DNA from: Candidatus Sericytochromatia bacterium
Lineage (GTDB): Bacteria > Cyanobacteriota > Sericytochromatia > S15B-MN24 > VGJW01
Assembly (NCBI GenBank): GCA_035285865.1
Contig: JAYKHS010000007.1
Span: 45,240-109,239 of the forward strand
DNA: 64,000 nt
Direction of reading: 5' to 3'
Part shown: piece by piece, positions 27,734-37,371 of the stretch
Position numbering within the stretch: the first letter of the stretch is position 1
Layout: each line of letters starts with the position of its first letter
Program-made: the position numbers and the translations under genes
Notes under the pieces: generated by a model
Seen by the model: only the letters and a program-made list of their open reading frames with translations
The model's database searches: none
Told to the model about the DNA's origin: nothing

Positions 27734-28552
27734 TCAGGGGCGAGTCCAAGGCGCGGCCCCCTGCATCATGTCCCCGAGGATCCCCGACACCAGGGCCGGC
27801 TGCCGCCACGGCACGGCGTGACCGCAATCAGGCGCCACGACACGATCGGCCAGGCCAGCCGTGCGGGCCATGATCGTCTCGTCATCGCCACCGATCAGCA
27901 GGCGAGTTGGACAAGCCGGAGCTTCCGTGACGCGGGTGCCGCGATGGTCCGCCCAGCACACCAGCAGCCTCCCGAGCGCCTCCCCGCGCACACGCGCAGC
28001 CATCAGTCCGACCGTCGCACGCTCGCGCCCTGCGAGCAACGGCTGGGCATCCCAATCGGCAAGCACGGTGACGCGGTCCTCCGCACCGAACCGCGAGGCC
28101 CACGCCTCGAGCCATGTCTCCCGACCGGGCTGGCCCTCCGCAGCCGAGCGGCCAGGAGCACATGAGACGCCCAGCACCCCCTTGCATGCCGGTCCGAGGC
28201 GGCGGGCCAGATGCCACGCGACGCGTCCACCCATGGAGTAACCGCAGAGCAACGGTTCGCGCAGGCGGTCCCCGCAGACCCCGACAAGGTCGCCGAGGAA
28301 AGCTGCCGGGCCATCCTCGTCGGCGGCAAGCCAGGCCGTCGCACCCGACCCAGGCAAATCGGGGGCGAGGATGGTCCAGTCGACCGGCAGACGTGAGGCG
28401 ACTCCCTCCCACATGCCCCCCGGCCAGCTGAAACCGGGGAACAGCAGCACCGTCGGGCCTGCGCCCCCCTCGAAGGCCCAGAGGCCGATCCTGCGCCCGC
28501 CGGCTGCGAAGACCTCGGAAGGCCGCAGGCGCGGGGAGGCTTCAGCCGCCAA
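27734..28552 (-). CDS. alpha/beta hydrolase (MenH-like)
   Basis: APDLPGSG, GYSMGGRVA, GGDD, CGHAVP. Confidence 0.8.
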   Translation of the reverse strand: MAAEASPRLRPSEVFAAGGRRIGLWAFEGGAGPTVLLFPGFSWPGGMWEGVASRLPVDWTILAPDLPGSGATAWLAADEDGPAAFLGDLVGVCGDRLREPLLCGYSMGGRVAWHLARRLGPACKGVLGVSCAPGRSAAEGQPGRETWLEAWASRFGAEDRVTVLADWDAQPLLAGRERATVGLMAARVRGEALGRLLVCWADHRGTRVTEAPACPTRLLIGGDDETIMARTAGLADRVVAPDCGHAVPWRQPALVSGILGDMMQGAAPWTRP

Positions 28553-29768
28553 GCAGCTTGGTGACGACGCCCCTCAGGCCGTCGCCGAACAGGCCCTGGA
28601 ACATGCTGTTGCCCAGCATGTAGCCCAGCGTGGTGGCGGCGAAGCCGATGGCGAAGAAAGGCAAGCCGGCCGTGATGCCGAATCCGGCGGCGACGGCCAG
28701 AGCGCCGCCCGAGAAGATGGCCCCGAGGCCGCCCCCCACGAACCCCCCCGCCGTATCGGCGACGACCGCCCCGATGGTCTCGGGCAGGCCCTGACGGCCC
28801 GTCAGCATCATGTAACCGTTCTGCACCAGCGAGAGCACGCCGGCGAAAACACTGGAAACCTTGGCGGCCTTGAACGCGCCCTGCGCGATCTGCTTGAAGC
28901 CGGCCTTGATGACATTCCAATTCCACGGCTTGGCGGCCTTGGCCGCATCGCCGGCTGCCTTGGCGGCATCCCCGGCAGCCTTGGCTGCGTCTCCCGCCCC
29001 CTTGACCGAGCGCCCCGCCTGACCTGCGGCAGCACGGCCGGCATCACCGGCTCCGCGGGCGGCACTCGTCGGGCCACCCGCCCCGCCGGGGGCAGCCCCG
29101 CGCGCGGCACCGGACGCACCCCTTCCGGCCGCAGACGCACCACGGCCTGCAGCAGAAGCGCCGCTTGCGGCACCACCGCCCGCAGCACCCGACCCTCCAC
29201 CGGCGGCCATGGGCGGGGATCCGGAGGCCGCACCTGCTCCCTGCGGGGGACGAAGCCAGCGCGCACGCACGACCTCGACATCCTGAATCCGTTGCATGCC
29301 GGCCGGCGTCCTCAGGACACGGCTGTTCGTTACGACACGCTTCCCGAGGTCCTTGGGCAGCGTGGCCATGCCATCGAGCGCACCACGAACGGGCACGGCA
29401 CCAGCTGCTCCGCCACGCGCGGCACTGCCCGCCGCCGAGTGCACGGCCCGTCCGGCGTTGCCCGCAGCCTCGCGAACGGCGGTCGCAGCCCCCCCGGAGC
29501 CTGCCTGCCGGGCGGCTTCGACGGCGCGTTCCGCCACGTCACGGATGGGCTGGGCGCTGCCGCCCACCGAGCCTACGCCCTTGGCTACCGTCTGCCAGCC
29601 CTCGATGACCTCGCTGGGCGTGAATACGTCGCGGGCGTGCTGCATCAGCTTTTCGCCGCCCGGCCCACGCGCGAAGTCGCCCGCCCGTCGACCGGCAGCA
29701 CCGGCGATGTCCTTGAGCCTCGCCCAAGCACCTTGGGCGAAGTTCGAAAGGCCTTGGCTATCCATCAC
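28542..29768 (-). CDS. Gly/Ala-rich protein with C-terminal glycine-zipper membrane segments
   Basis: Low-complexity GAAAG region, (GDAAKAA)3 repeat, hydrophobic GxxxG-rich C-terminus. Confidence 0.7.
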   Translation of the reverse strand: MMDSQGLSNFAQGAWARLKDIAGAAGRRAGDFARGPGGEKLMQHARDVFTPSEVIEGWQTVAKGVGSVGGSAQPIRDVAERAVEAARQAGSGGAATAVREAAGNAGRAVHSAAGSAARGGAAGAVPVRGALDGMATLPKDLGKRVVTNSRVLRTPAGMQRIQDVEVVRARWLRPPQGAGAASGSPPMAAGGGSGAAGGGAASGASAAGRGASAAGRGASGAARGAAPGGAGGPTSAARGAGDAGRAAAGQAGRSVKGAGDAAKAAGDAAKAAGDAAKAAKPWNWNVIKAGFKQIAQGAFKAAKVSSVFAGVLSLVQNGYMMLTGRQGLPETIGAVVADTAGGFVGGGLGAIFSGGALAVAAGFGITAGLPFFAIGFAATTLGYMLGNSMFQGLFGDGLRGVVTKLLGG

Positions 29769-29949
29769 ATGGGTGCTATCCCCGAAATGGCCGGAGAGGT
29801 CGGTTAACGAAGCCTCAAACCTGCATTAAGGCTAACCGGACCGAGGTTTGCCGACCCCGGCAAAACCGTGTTAGCATCGGCCTTGGAGGGCGTCGCAGCC
29901 GTGCGTCCGCCCGCGTCGCCCCCGCAGGTCCCGTCCCAGGAGCGCCCCA

Positions 29950-31293
29950 TTGTCCGTCTCGGAAGTCCAGCGTTACCACACCCTCATCGACGAGGCAGCC
30001 TTGCCCGCCTCCGAACTGTCCGCTTTCCTGGACCGCATTCGCGAGGCGCGGGTGACCTTCGGGGAGCGGGTCAGTTGCCACTACTTCCGGCCCCAGATGC
30101 TGACGCCTGCCCAGTACGAGCAGATCCGCCGGGTGGTCCGGCACATCTGGTCCGCCCTCGAGAAGTTGGCTCCCGTCATCGCGGGGCGCGACGACCTGCA
30201 GGATCGCCTGGGCCTGACGCCCCGCGAGCGCGAGTTGGCTGCGATCGACCCGGGCTACCGTCGGGTCAGTCCGATGGCGCGCTTCGACAGTTTCCTCGTG
30301 GACGACCGCCTGAGCTTCGTCGAGCTCAATGCCGAATGCCCTGCCGGGCCGGCCTACACCGAGGTGCTCGCGGGCGTGTTCCTCGACTGGCCGCTGATGC
30401 ACAGCTTCCAGCAGGACTTCGACGTGCGTCCATTCGAGACGCGCAGGCGCCTGCGCGAGACCCTGCTCGCGACCTATGCCGAGTGGGGCGGAGATGGCAA
30501 GCCCGTCATCGCCATCGTCGACTGGAACGACGTGCCCACGTACTCCGAGTTCGAACTGTGCAAGGAGTATTTCACCTCCGAGGGTCTCGAGACGCACATC
30601 GCCGATCCACGGGAGCTGACCTACGACGGCGAGCGCTTGCGCACCAAGGACGGTGTCGCCATCGACCTCGTCTATCGGCGGGTCCTGACCAACGAGTTCC
30701 TCGAGAAGTTCGACGAAGTGCAGCCGATGCTCGAGGCCTACCGCGACCGCAAGGTCTGCGTCATCAACCCCTTCCGCAGCAAGTACCTGCACAAGAAGGC
30801 CATCTTCGCGCTACTCACGGCCGAGGACCTGCAGCACCTCTTCACGCCCGAAGAACAGAAGGCCATCCGGGCCCACATCCCCTGGTCGCGCATCCTGACC
30901 GAGATCCGCACGGAGCACGACGGCGAGGCCATCGATCTCGTGTCGTGGAGCAAGGCCAATCGCGAGCGACTGGTGCTCAAGCCCAATGACGAATACGGCG
31001 GCAAGGGCATCCACATCGGCTGGACGCTCGATCAGGCCGCGTGGGAACAGGCCGTCGACGATGCGGTCGACCAGGATTATCTGGTCCAACAGGCCGTCGA
31101 GGTCGCCTACATGGACTTCCCCACGTGGACGGGGGAAGGCCTCGCCTTCCAGCGCCAGCTCGTCGATCTCGACCCTTATGTCTTCGAGGGCGAGGTAGAG
31201 GGCATCCTCACCCGTCTGTCCGCCTCGGCCCTGGCCAATGTCACGGCAGGCGCCGGCATCGTCCCCACGTTCGTCGTCTCACCACGGAGCTAG
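29950..31293 (+). CDS. circularly permuted ATP-grasp ligase (glutathionylspermidine-synthase-like fold)
   Basis: RFDSF, FVELNAECPAG, IDLVYRR, INPFRS..LHKK, LVLKPNDEYGGKG, YLVQ, ANV..G.G. Confidence 0.85.
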   Translation: MSVSEVQRYHTLIDEAALPASELSAFLDRIREARVTFGERVSCHYFRPQMLTPAQYEQIRRVVRHIWSALEKLAPVIAGRDDLQDRLGLTPRERELAAIDPGYRRVSPMARFDSFLVDDRLSFVELNAECPAGPAYTEVLAGVFLDWPLMHSFQQDFDVRPFETRRRLRETLLATYAEWGGDGKPVIAIVDWNDVPTYSEFELCKEYFTSEGLETHIADPRELTYDGERLRTKDGVAIDLVYRRVLTNEFLEKFDEVQPMLEAYRDRKVCVINPFRSKYLHKKAIFALLTAEDLQHLFTPEEQKAIRAHIPWSRILTEIRTEHDGEAIDLVSWSKANRERLVLKPNDEYGGKGIHIGWTLDQAAWEQAVDDAVDQDYLVQQAVEVAYMDFPTWTGEGLAFQRQLVDLDPYVFEGEVEGILTRLSASALANVTAGAGIVPTFVVSPRS

Positions 31294-31297
31294 ACCC

Positions 31298-32428
31298 ATG
31301 TTCGAGCAGTTCACGCTGGGCGTCGAAGAGGAATACCAGATCGTCGATCCCGTCACCCGGGAGCTGCGCAGCCACATCTCGGTGATGATGGACGAGGGGA
31401 GCGTCCTGCTGGGCGAGCACGTCAAGCAGGAGATGCACCAGTCCGTGGTCGAGGTGGGGACCGGAATCTGCAAGAATGTCGCCGAGGCCCGGGCCGACGT
31501 GGTCAAGCTGCGCCGCATCGTGTCGGACCTGGCCCGCAAGAACGGGTTGGGGATCGCGGCGGCCGCGACGCATCCGCTCAGCGACTGGGCCCAGCAGGAC
31601 ATCACGGAAGCGCCCCGCTACCACGCCCTCGTCGAGGATCTTCAGGACATCGCCCGCGGCAACCTGATCTTCGGGCTGCACGTGCACGTGGGCATCGAGA
31701 ACAACGACCAAGCCATCGAGTTGTTCAACCAAGCCCGTTACTTCTTGCCGCACATCCTCGCGCTCTCCTGCAGCTCGCCCTTCTGGGTCGGCCGTAACAC
31801 CGGCCTGAAGAGCTACCGCTGCTCGGTCTTCAAGCGCTTCCCGCGCACGGGCATCCCGGATGCCTTCGAGTCCTACAGCTCGTTCGATCGGTACGTGAAG
31901 ACCCTCATCGAGACCGAGTGCATCGACAACGGCAAGAAGATCTGGTGGGACCTGCGGCCCCATCCGTTCTTCAGCACCATCGAGTTCCGGGTCTGCGACA
32001 TCCCGACCAGCGTCGATACGACCATCGCCATCACGGCGCTCATCCAGGCCCTCGTCGCCAAGCTCTACACCTTGCGGACGCAGAACATGCAGTTCCGCGA
32101 GTACCCCCGTGCCCTCATCGAGGAGAACAAGTGGCGCGCCAGCCGGTACGGGTTGGACGGGAAGATGATCGACTTCGGCAAGAACAAGGAAGTCCACACC
32201 AAGGATCTGATCCACGAACTGATCCAGTTCGTGGACGACGTGCTGGATCCGCTTGGCTCGCGTTCCGAGGTCGAAAACATCTACCGCATTCTGGATCAGG
32301 GCACCGATGCGGACCGTCAGCTCGAGGTCTTCAGGGAATCGGGCGGTGACGTCAAGGCCGTCGTCGACCACATTCTGGCACAGACCATGGTGGGCGTCCC
32401 CGAGCGGGCGGAGATTCCGCTGCTTTGA
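31298..32428 (+). CDS. ybdK: carboxylate-amine ligase (GCS2/YbdK family)
   Basis: FTLGVEEEYQ, VEVGTGIC, ATHP, FGLHVHVG, SSPFW, FPRTG, WWDLRPHP, EFRVCD, ENKWRASRYG; GGAG before ATG 31298. Confidence 0.93.
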   Translation: MFEQFTLGVEEEYQIVDPVTRELRSHISVMMDEGSVLLGEHVKQEMHQSVVEVGTGICKNVAEARADVVKLRRIVSDLARKNGLGIAAAATHPLSDWAQQDITEAPRYHALVEDLQDIARGNLIFGLHVHVGIENNDQAIELFNQARYFLPHILALSCSSPFWVGRNTGLKSYRCSVFKRFPRTGIPDAFESYSSFDRYVKTLIETECIDNGKKIWWDLRPHPFFSTIEFRVCDIPTSVDTTIAITALIQALVAKLYTLRTQNMQFREYPRALIEENKWRASRYGLDGKMIDFGKNKEVHTKDLIHELIQFVDDVLDPLGSRSEVENIYRILDQGTDADRQLEVFRESGGDVKAVVDHILAQTMVGVPERAEIPLL

Positions 32429-33453
32429 AAACCCGTCTCGACCTCGTGGCCTTCGACGAGGATCTCAGGCCTGGTGCCGCGAACGCGGTGCGGACCTGCC
32501 TGAAGGTGCGTGAGGGAGAGCGGGTCACGCTGATCACCGATCGGGACACCATGACGGTGGCCGCGTGTCTCTTCGACGAACTCAAGGCCGTGGGCGCCGA
32601 CGTGTCGGACTTCGTGGTTGAGGACTACACGCTGCGCCCGATGGGGCATACGCCGCGGGAGATCCTGGAGAGTGTCGCCCAGAGCGGGGCCACGCTCTAC
32701 GCAGTCAAGCCGCGTCCCGGCGAGGTGCCCAGCCGCGCCGAGGTGATCAACCTCGCGACCCGCAAGAAAGTCCGTTATGGGCACATGGTGGGCATCACGG
32801 AGCAGATCATGCGCATGGGCATGCGCGCCGACTTCGATCGCATCAACCGGATGTCGCTCGGCCTGAGAAGAATGCTCTCGGAGACCCGCGTCATCCGCGT
32901 GACCTCACCGGCGGGCACCGACCTCGAGGTCGAGCACGATCCCCTCAAGTACACGTGGATCAAGACCTCGGGGCTGATCTCGCGGGATGCCTGGGGCAAC
33001 TTGCCCGGTGGTGAGATTTTCACCCATCCGTCCCTCGTGCGTGGCGTCTGGGTCTGCGACGGCCCCGCTGGGGACTATTTCAGTTCCAAGTACGGAGACC
33101 TGGTCGCAACCCCGATGAAGGTCGAGATCACGAACTCACGCATTCGCAAGGTCTCCTCCGACCTCGAGGGTCTGGCGCAGGAGTTCTGGGACTACGTCAA
33201 CGACGCCCCCAACGCCAACCGCATCGGCGAAGTTGCCGTGGGCACCAACATCGGCGTCACCGAATTCACCGGCAATCTGCTTCAGGACGAGAAGATTCCC
33301 GGTTTCCACATCGCCTTTGGCGAACCCTGCGGGGTGCTGACCGGTGCAGACTGGTCCAGCCCCGCCCATATCGATCTCCTGGCCCGGGGATGCAACATCT
33401 GGCTGGATGGCCAGTGCATCATGGCCGACGGGGTGTTTCTGATCGACGGTTGA
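32425..33453 (+). CDS. M29-like aminopeptidase (thermophilic metalloprotease family)
   Basis: GTDL, GNLPGGEIF, IGEVAVGTN, QDEKIPGFHIAFG, HIDL; start overlaps ybdK stop. Confidence 0.85.
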   Translation: MKTRLDLVAFDEDLRPGAANAVRTCLKVREGERVTLITDRDTMTVAACLFDELKAVGADVSDFVVEDYTLRPMGHTPREILESVAQSGATLYAVKPRPGEVPSRAEVINLATRKKVRYGHMVGITEQIMRMGMRADFDRINRMSLGLRRMLSETRVIRVTSPAGTDLEVEHDPLKYTWIKTSGLISRDAWGNLPGGEIFTHPSLVRGVWVCDGPAGDYFSSKYGDLVATPMKVEITNSRIRKVSSDLEGLAQEFWDYVNDAPNANRIGEVAVGTNIGVTEFTGNLLQDEKIPGFHIAFGEPCGVLTGADWSSPAHIDLLARGCNIWLDGQCIMADGVFLIDG

Positions 33454-33479
33454 TTGGCCCCAACGGGCACGGAGGAAGC

Positions 33480-34520
33480 ATGGCGAAGCAGAAGAAGACA
33501 GTTGCGCTTCTGGTGGGCTGGGAAGAGACCTTCCCCAAGGCCTTCATCGAAGCTGTGAATACCAAGGGCAAGGGTGAAGTCGAGGCGGTCTTCGCCAAGG
33601 TCGGCGTCACCAAGATGAGCGATGGCAAGGCCTACGACGTCATCGTGGACCGCATCTCGCACGAGATCCACATGTACAAGCCGTGGCTCAAGAACCAGGC
33701 ACTCAAGGGCGCGTACGTCATCAACGACCCCTTCTGGTGGCTGGCCGATGACAAGTTCTTCGACAACGCGCTGGTCGAGCAGCTGGGCGTGGCCGTGCCC
33801 AAGACCGTGGTCCTGCCCTCGTTCACGCCCAATCCGAACACCTCGGACAAGAGCCATCGCAACATGATGCTGATGGACTGGGAGGACATCTTCAACTACG
33901 TCGGCTTCCCCTGCTTCCTCAAGCCCTACGACGGTGGCGGCTGGAAGCACGTCTACAAGTGCCGCACGCCCCAGGAAGTCTTCGAGAACTACGCCAAGAG
34001 CGGTCAGCTCGTGATGGTCCTGCAGGAAGGCATCGAGTTCGACAGCTACTGCCGCTGCCTGTGCATCGGCAAGGACACCATCATCCCCATCAAGTACGAT
34101 CCGGGCGCCAAGGAGCGCACGGGCTTCGGGGCCTATGTCCAGTCCGACGAGTTCGAGAAGGGACCGCTGGCCGAGCGCATCCTGCGTGACGCCCGGGCGA
34201 TCAACCACGCGCTGGGCTACGACATGAACTCGGTCGAGTTCGCGATCCGCGACGGCATCCCTTATGCCATCGACTTCATGAACCCCGCCCCCGACATGGA
34301 CTTCTACTCGCTGACCGAGCCGTATTTCAAGAAGGTCGTCGACGCCTTCAGCGATTACGTCATCGAACTGGCGAAGTCTGGTGCGGGACCCAACACCCGG
34401 CACTATCCGTGGCGCGAGCTGCTCAAGACCGGAGGCAAGCTGCCCGCAGTCAAGACGTCCGTGACGCCCAAGGCGCGCAAGGCCGCGGCTCCCAAGGCCG
34501 AAGCCGCCGCGACCAAGTAA
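33480..34520 (+). CDS. RimK-like ATP-grasp ligase
   Basis: VIVDRISH, VINDPFWW.ADDKF, VPKTVVLP, GFPCFLKPYDGGGW, LQEGI, GYDMNSVEFAIRDG.PYAIDFMNPAPD; GGAGG before ATG 33480. Confidence 0.88.
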   Translation: MAKQKKTVALLVGWEETFPKAFIEAVNTKGKGEVEAVFAKVGVTKMSDGKAYDVIVDRISHEIHMYKPWLKNQALKGAYVINDPFWWLADDKFFDNALVEQLGVAVPKTVVLPSFTPNPNTSDKSHRNMMLMDWEDIFNYVGFPCFLKPYDGGGWKHVYKCRTPQEVFENYAKSGQLVMVLQEGIEFDSYCRCLCIGKDTIIPIKYDPGAKERTGFGAYVQSDEFEKGPLAERILRDARAINHALGYDMNSVEFAIRDGIPYAIDFMNPAPDMDFYSLTEPYFKKVVDAFSDYVIELAKSGAGPNTRHYPWRELLKTGGKLPAVKTSVTPKARKAAAPKAEAAATK

Positions 34521-34531
34521 AGCCGTCAACC

Positions 34532-34571
34532 GGCCGCCCCTCGTCTGCCCTCAGGCCGGCGAGGGGCGGCC
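34532..34571 (+). terminator. terminator of the ligase operon
   Basis: ggccgcccctcg...cgaggggcggcc followed by ttctt. Confidence 0.75.
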
Positions 34572-34647
34572 TTCTTGAAACGGGAGTTGGCCTCGTGCAT
34601 CGATGCACCCTTGCGGACTTGACCCACAGGTGGTACCACGACGCTCC

Positions 34648-35142
34648 ATGAGCATCGACATCCAGCATCACGCCCTTGCCCACCTGACACTCCTGTCCGA
34701 GCCTCAACCGCCTGCCTTGGTGCAATCGGTCGCACGGAATCCGGGCACCTCTCCGTGGATGGCCGCGGCAGCGCCCGTGGTGCTATCCATCGGTTCCGCC
34801 GTCGCGTCCGCTCAGGTATGGCCCAGGATGTTTTCCAGCGACGGCAGAGAGAACTGGGCGGCCGCCAACGCCATCGGAGCCGTGACGGATACGCTGGCCT
34901 TCGGTTCCGGGCACTTCCTTGCCGGAGACGTGCCGCGCAGCATCGGCATGGCGCTGGGTGGCATGGCCGTCAGGCAACTGGCGTGGGCTGGCTTGATGTC
35001 GAGCATCTCTCACAACTGGACGGGCGGGTCCACCAAGCAGCCTTGGGACGATGCGGTCATGGTGGGCTCCCTCGGCTTGCTCGGCCTCGTCTACATCGGC
35101 ATTCCCGTGGACGCTTGGCAGACCGCTGCCGCAGCACGCTAA
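34648..35142 (+). CDS. hypothetical membrane protein
   Basis: Several hydrophobic segments, GSGHFLAGD motif; start set at ATG 34648. Confidence 0.55.
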   Translation: MSIDIQHHALAHLTLLSEPQPPALVQSVARNPGTSPWMAAAAPVVLSIGSAVASAQVWPRMFSSDGRENWAAANAIGAVTDTLAFGSGHFLAGDVPRSIGMALGGMAVRQLAWAGLMSSISHNWTGGSTKQPWDDAVMVGSLGLLGLVYIGIPVDAWQTAAAAR

Positions 35143-35385
35143 AGGCAACACGCACGGCGCGCCATCAAAGCCTGCCAGACCGATTGCTGGGCTGATCCAA
35201 GGGTCTTTCTGGAGCGAGCGCGCTTTCTGTCCGCAACAGAACCACAGGTCGTGCATCGCCGTGGGACCCTCGAGGCAAGTTGCTTGATAGCCACCTACTG
35301 AACCTCAACGGCTCAGGGCAGGGTCCCCCCGCCGAACGCGAGTGCGCGAGGCAAGAAAGCTGTCCCCTTGGATGCATCAGGCGCT

Positions 35386-35394
35386 TGTGGATAA
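35386..35394 (-). promoter_or_regulatory. perfect DnaA box (TTATCCACA)
   Basis: tgtggataa on the + strand inside a roughly 600-bp gene-free interval. Confidence 0.35.
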
Positions 35395-35767
35395 CCGACC
35401 GCCGTGTCACACCGACGGTCCACAGGAACCCTTGCCAGAAGTTGGAACCACCCGAACAGACAAGGTCCCCGCAGGCAGGCCACGGAAGCCCTCCGGTCGA
35501 CGGCAGCAACTCGCCTGCGACGCAGGATTCGGCGATCGCGCCCAAAAGCCGGACAATGGGCGGGCGAGCCACCCTCCAGACGGCCAGGCCGGTGCAGGAT
35601 TCGCCTTCTTCAATGTTTCTTTTCAGCAGCATAACCTCTCCTTAACGACATTCGTGTCCTGACACCGGATAGTGGAAAGGTGCGGCGGACCTGCAACGTT
35701 GCCGGCGACGCTTGCCCTCGGGTGTGTTATTAAATTTCCATTGTCCCGACCTTGGGTGCTTTTCCTG

Positions 35768-36520
35768 ATGCGTGGTTCTCTCTTCAAGTCCCTGCGGCAC
35801 TGCGGCAGCCTTGCCGTCGTGGGCGCCGTCCTTGTCGGCTGTGGCACGGGATCGACCCTGGGCGGACCGGATCCCTTCGCCGGCGCCACACCCCCCGCGC
35901 CCGAACCGACCATGCTGCCGACGTTCCCCGGTATCGGGCGTGGCGTGCCGGACAATGGCGCGGCACAGTACTGGGCCCGGGCCGTCAGCCAGGCGCACCA
36001 GCAGGTACCCGCCTACACGGCGCAGATGACCTACCTGCAGATTGCCGGCAGCAAGACCGTTCGTGGCGTCTACGACCTGCGGGGCAAGCGGCCTCGGTTG
36101 CTGCGGATCCAGATCCTGCAGGGCGAAGGCCAGGGGACCAAGCTGTCGTGGTCGGGCGGCAGGACCATCAAGGTACGCGCCGCAGGCCTGCTGAGTGCCA
36201 TTCCTCTGGATCTGCCCCTGACGGACCCGCGCATCATCTCCCCGCGCGGCTACACACTCGACCAGACGGATATCCCGGGTCTGCTCTCCCTGTTGAACCA
36301 TCCGGCGGCCCAGGTGCAGTTCCTTGGCGAGCAGGGGGGAATGGCAACGCTGCGCATCACGGGCAGCCACCTGCTCAGCGGCGTGCGCGACATGACCGCC
36401 CGTATCAACACCCGCACGGGCTTCGCGTCGAGCGTCGAGATGTCGGACGGACGACAGGTCGTCTTCCGCATCGAGCTGATGAACTTCCGTCCCGTTCAGG
36501 ACGTCTCGGTCGAGATCTGA
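35768..36520 (+). CDS. LolA-like/DUF1571-like lipoprotein
   Basis: Lipobox LVGC, Pro stalk, beta-rich body (YTAQMTY, RPRLLRIQILQG.G.GTKL, DPRI...RGY); family assignment by fold resemblance only. Confidence 0.65.
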   Translation: MRGSLFKSLRHCGSLAVVGAVLVGCGTGSTLGGPDPFAGATPPAPEPTMLPTFPGIGRGVPDNGAAQYWARAVSQAHQQVPAYTAQMTYLQIAGSKTVRGVYDLRGKRPRLLRIQILQGEGQGTKLSWSGGRTIKVRAAGLLSAIPLDLPLTDPRIISPRGYTLDQTDIPGLLSLLNHPAAQVQFLGEQGGMATLRITGSHLLSGVRDMTARINTRTGFASSVEMSDGRQVVFRIELMNFRPVQDVSVEI

Positions 36521-36536
36521 TGCATTGATTGCGGAG

Positions 36537-37356
36537 ATGTCGCCCGAGGTAGCCCTCTGGTGGGGCCTGATGAGCCTTGCCGGCGTGCTGAACATCGCCC
36601 TTTGGCGTGGCTGCGGCCGCGAGGGGATGACACGGGCGGCGAGGACCTGAAGGGTCTTCTGCACTACCGCGTGTGGCGCTGGATTCTTGCGGGCGGATTC
36701 GCACTGGGTTGCGCATCCCGTTCCCGCGCCGATGGCCAGAGGATCGCGATGCTGGACACCCCGATCGCCAGTGTGGCCGTCGGCCGCAGCATCGCGGCGA
36801 TAGCCGAGACGATGTTCGTCGCGCAGTGGGCCTTGTTGCTGAACATGTTGGCACGCCATTCGGGCTCTCGGACCACCCGCGTGCAATCAGGATGTTGGTG
36901 CCCATCATCCTGATTGCCGATACTTGCTCCTGGACGGCGGTCCTGACGACCAACTACCAGAGCAACGTCGGCGAGGAGTCGTTGCGGGCCGCAACGGGCA
37001 CGCTTTTCGTCGTGGGCTTGGTGGCCTCATGGAGGCGGACACATGCGGGAGCTCGCCCCTTCGTGACTCCGGCCATCACCCTGAGCGTCCTCTATGTCCT
37101 GTACATGGTCACGGTCGACGTGCCCACGTACATCACGCGGTGGCACGCCGACACGCTTGCGGGCAAGCCACATCTGGATTTGGCGGCCAGGTGGCTCGAC
37201 GCGACGCGCGTGGTCTTTACCGGACGATTAGAGGACTGGCGGGACGAGATGCCGTGGATGTCCCTTTACTTCAGCTGTGCCGTCTGGATGAGCCTTGCCA
37301 TGGTTTGCCTGCCCCGCTTTCCTGGACAATCGCCGAGCAGTGCCACACCGGACTGA
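36537..37356 (+). pseudogene. multi-TM membrane protein broken by two frameshifts
   Basis: Coherent hydrophobic protein split over three frames: MSPEVALWWGL.. (from 36537), ..GCASRS..VGRSIAAIAETMFVAQWALLL (frame of 36560), ..ADTCSWTAVLTTNY..EESL..WMSLYFSCAVW (frame of 36673). Confidence 0.7.
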
Positions 37357-37371
37357 AACCGGCGCGTCTGC

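Noticed and set aside
27734-28552. Firm menH assignment
   Set aside because: GYSMGGR fits, but no men genes are adjacent and the oxyanion motif reads FPGF rather than HGF
35143-35767. oriC, tmRNA, RNase P, SRP or 6S RNA
   Set aside because: Only one perfect DnaA box, no dnaA/dnaN nearby, and none of the hallmark sequences of those RNAs on either strand
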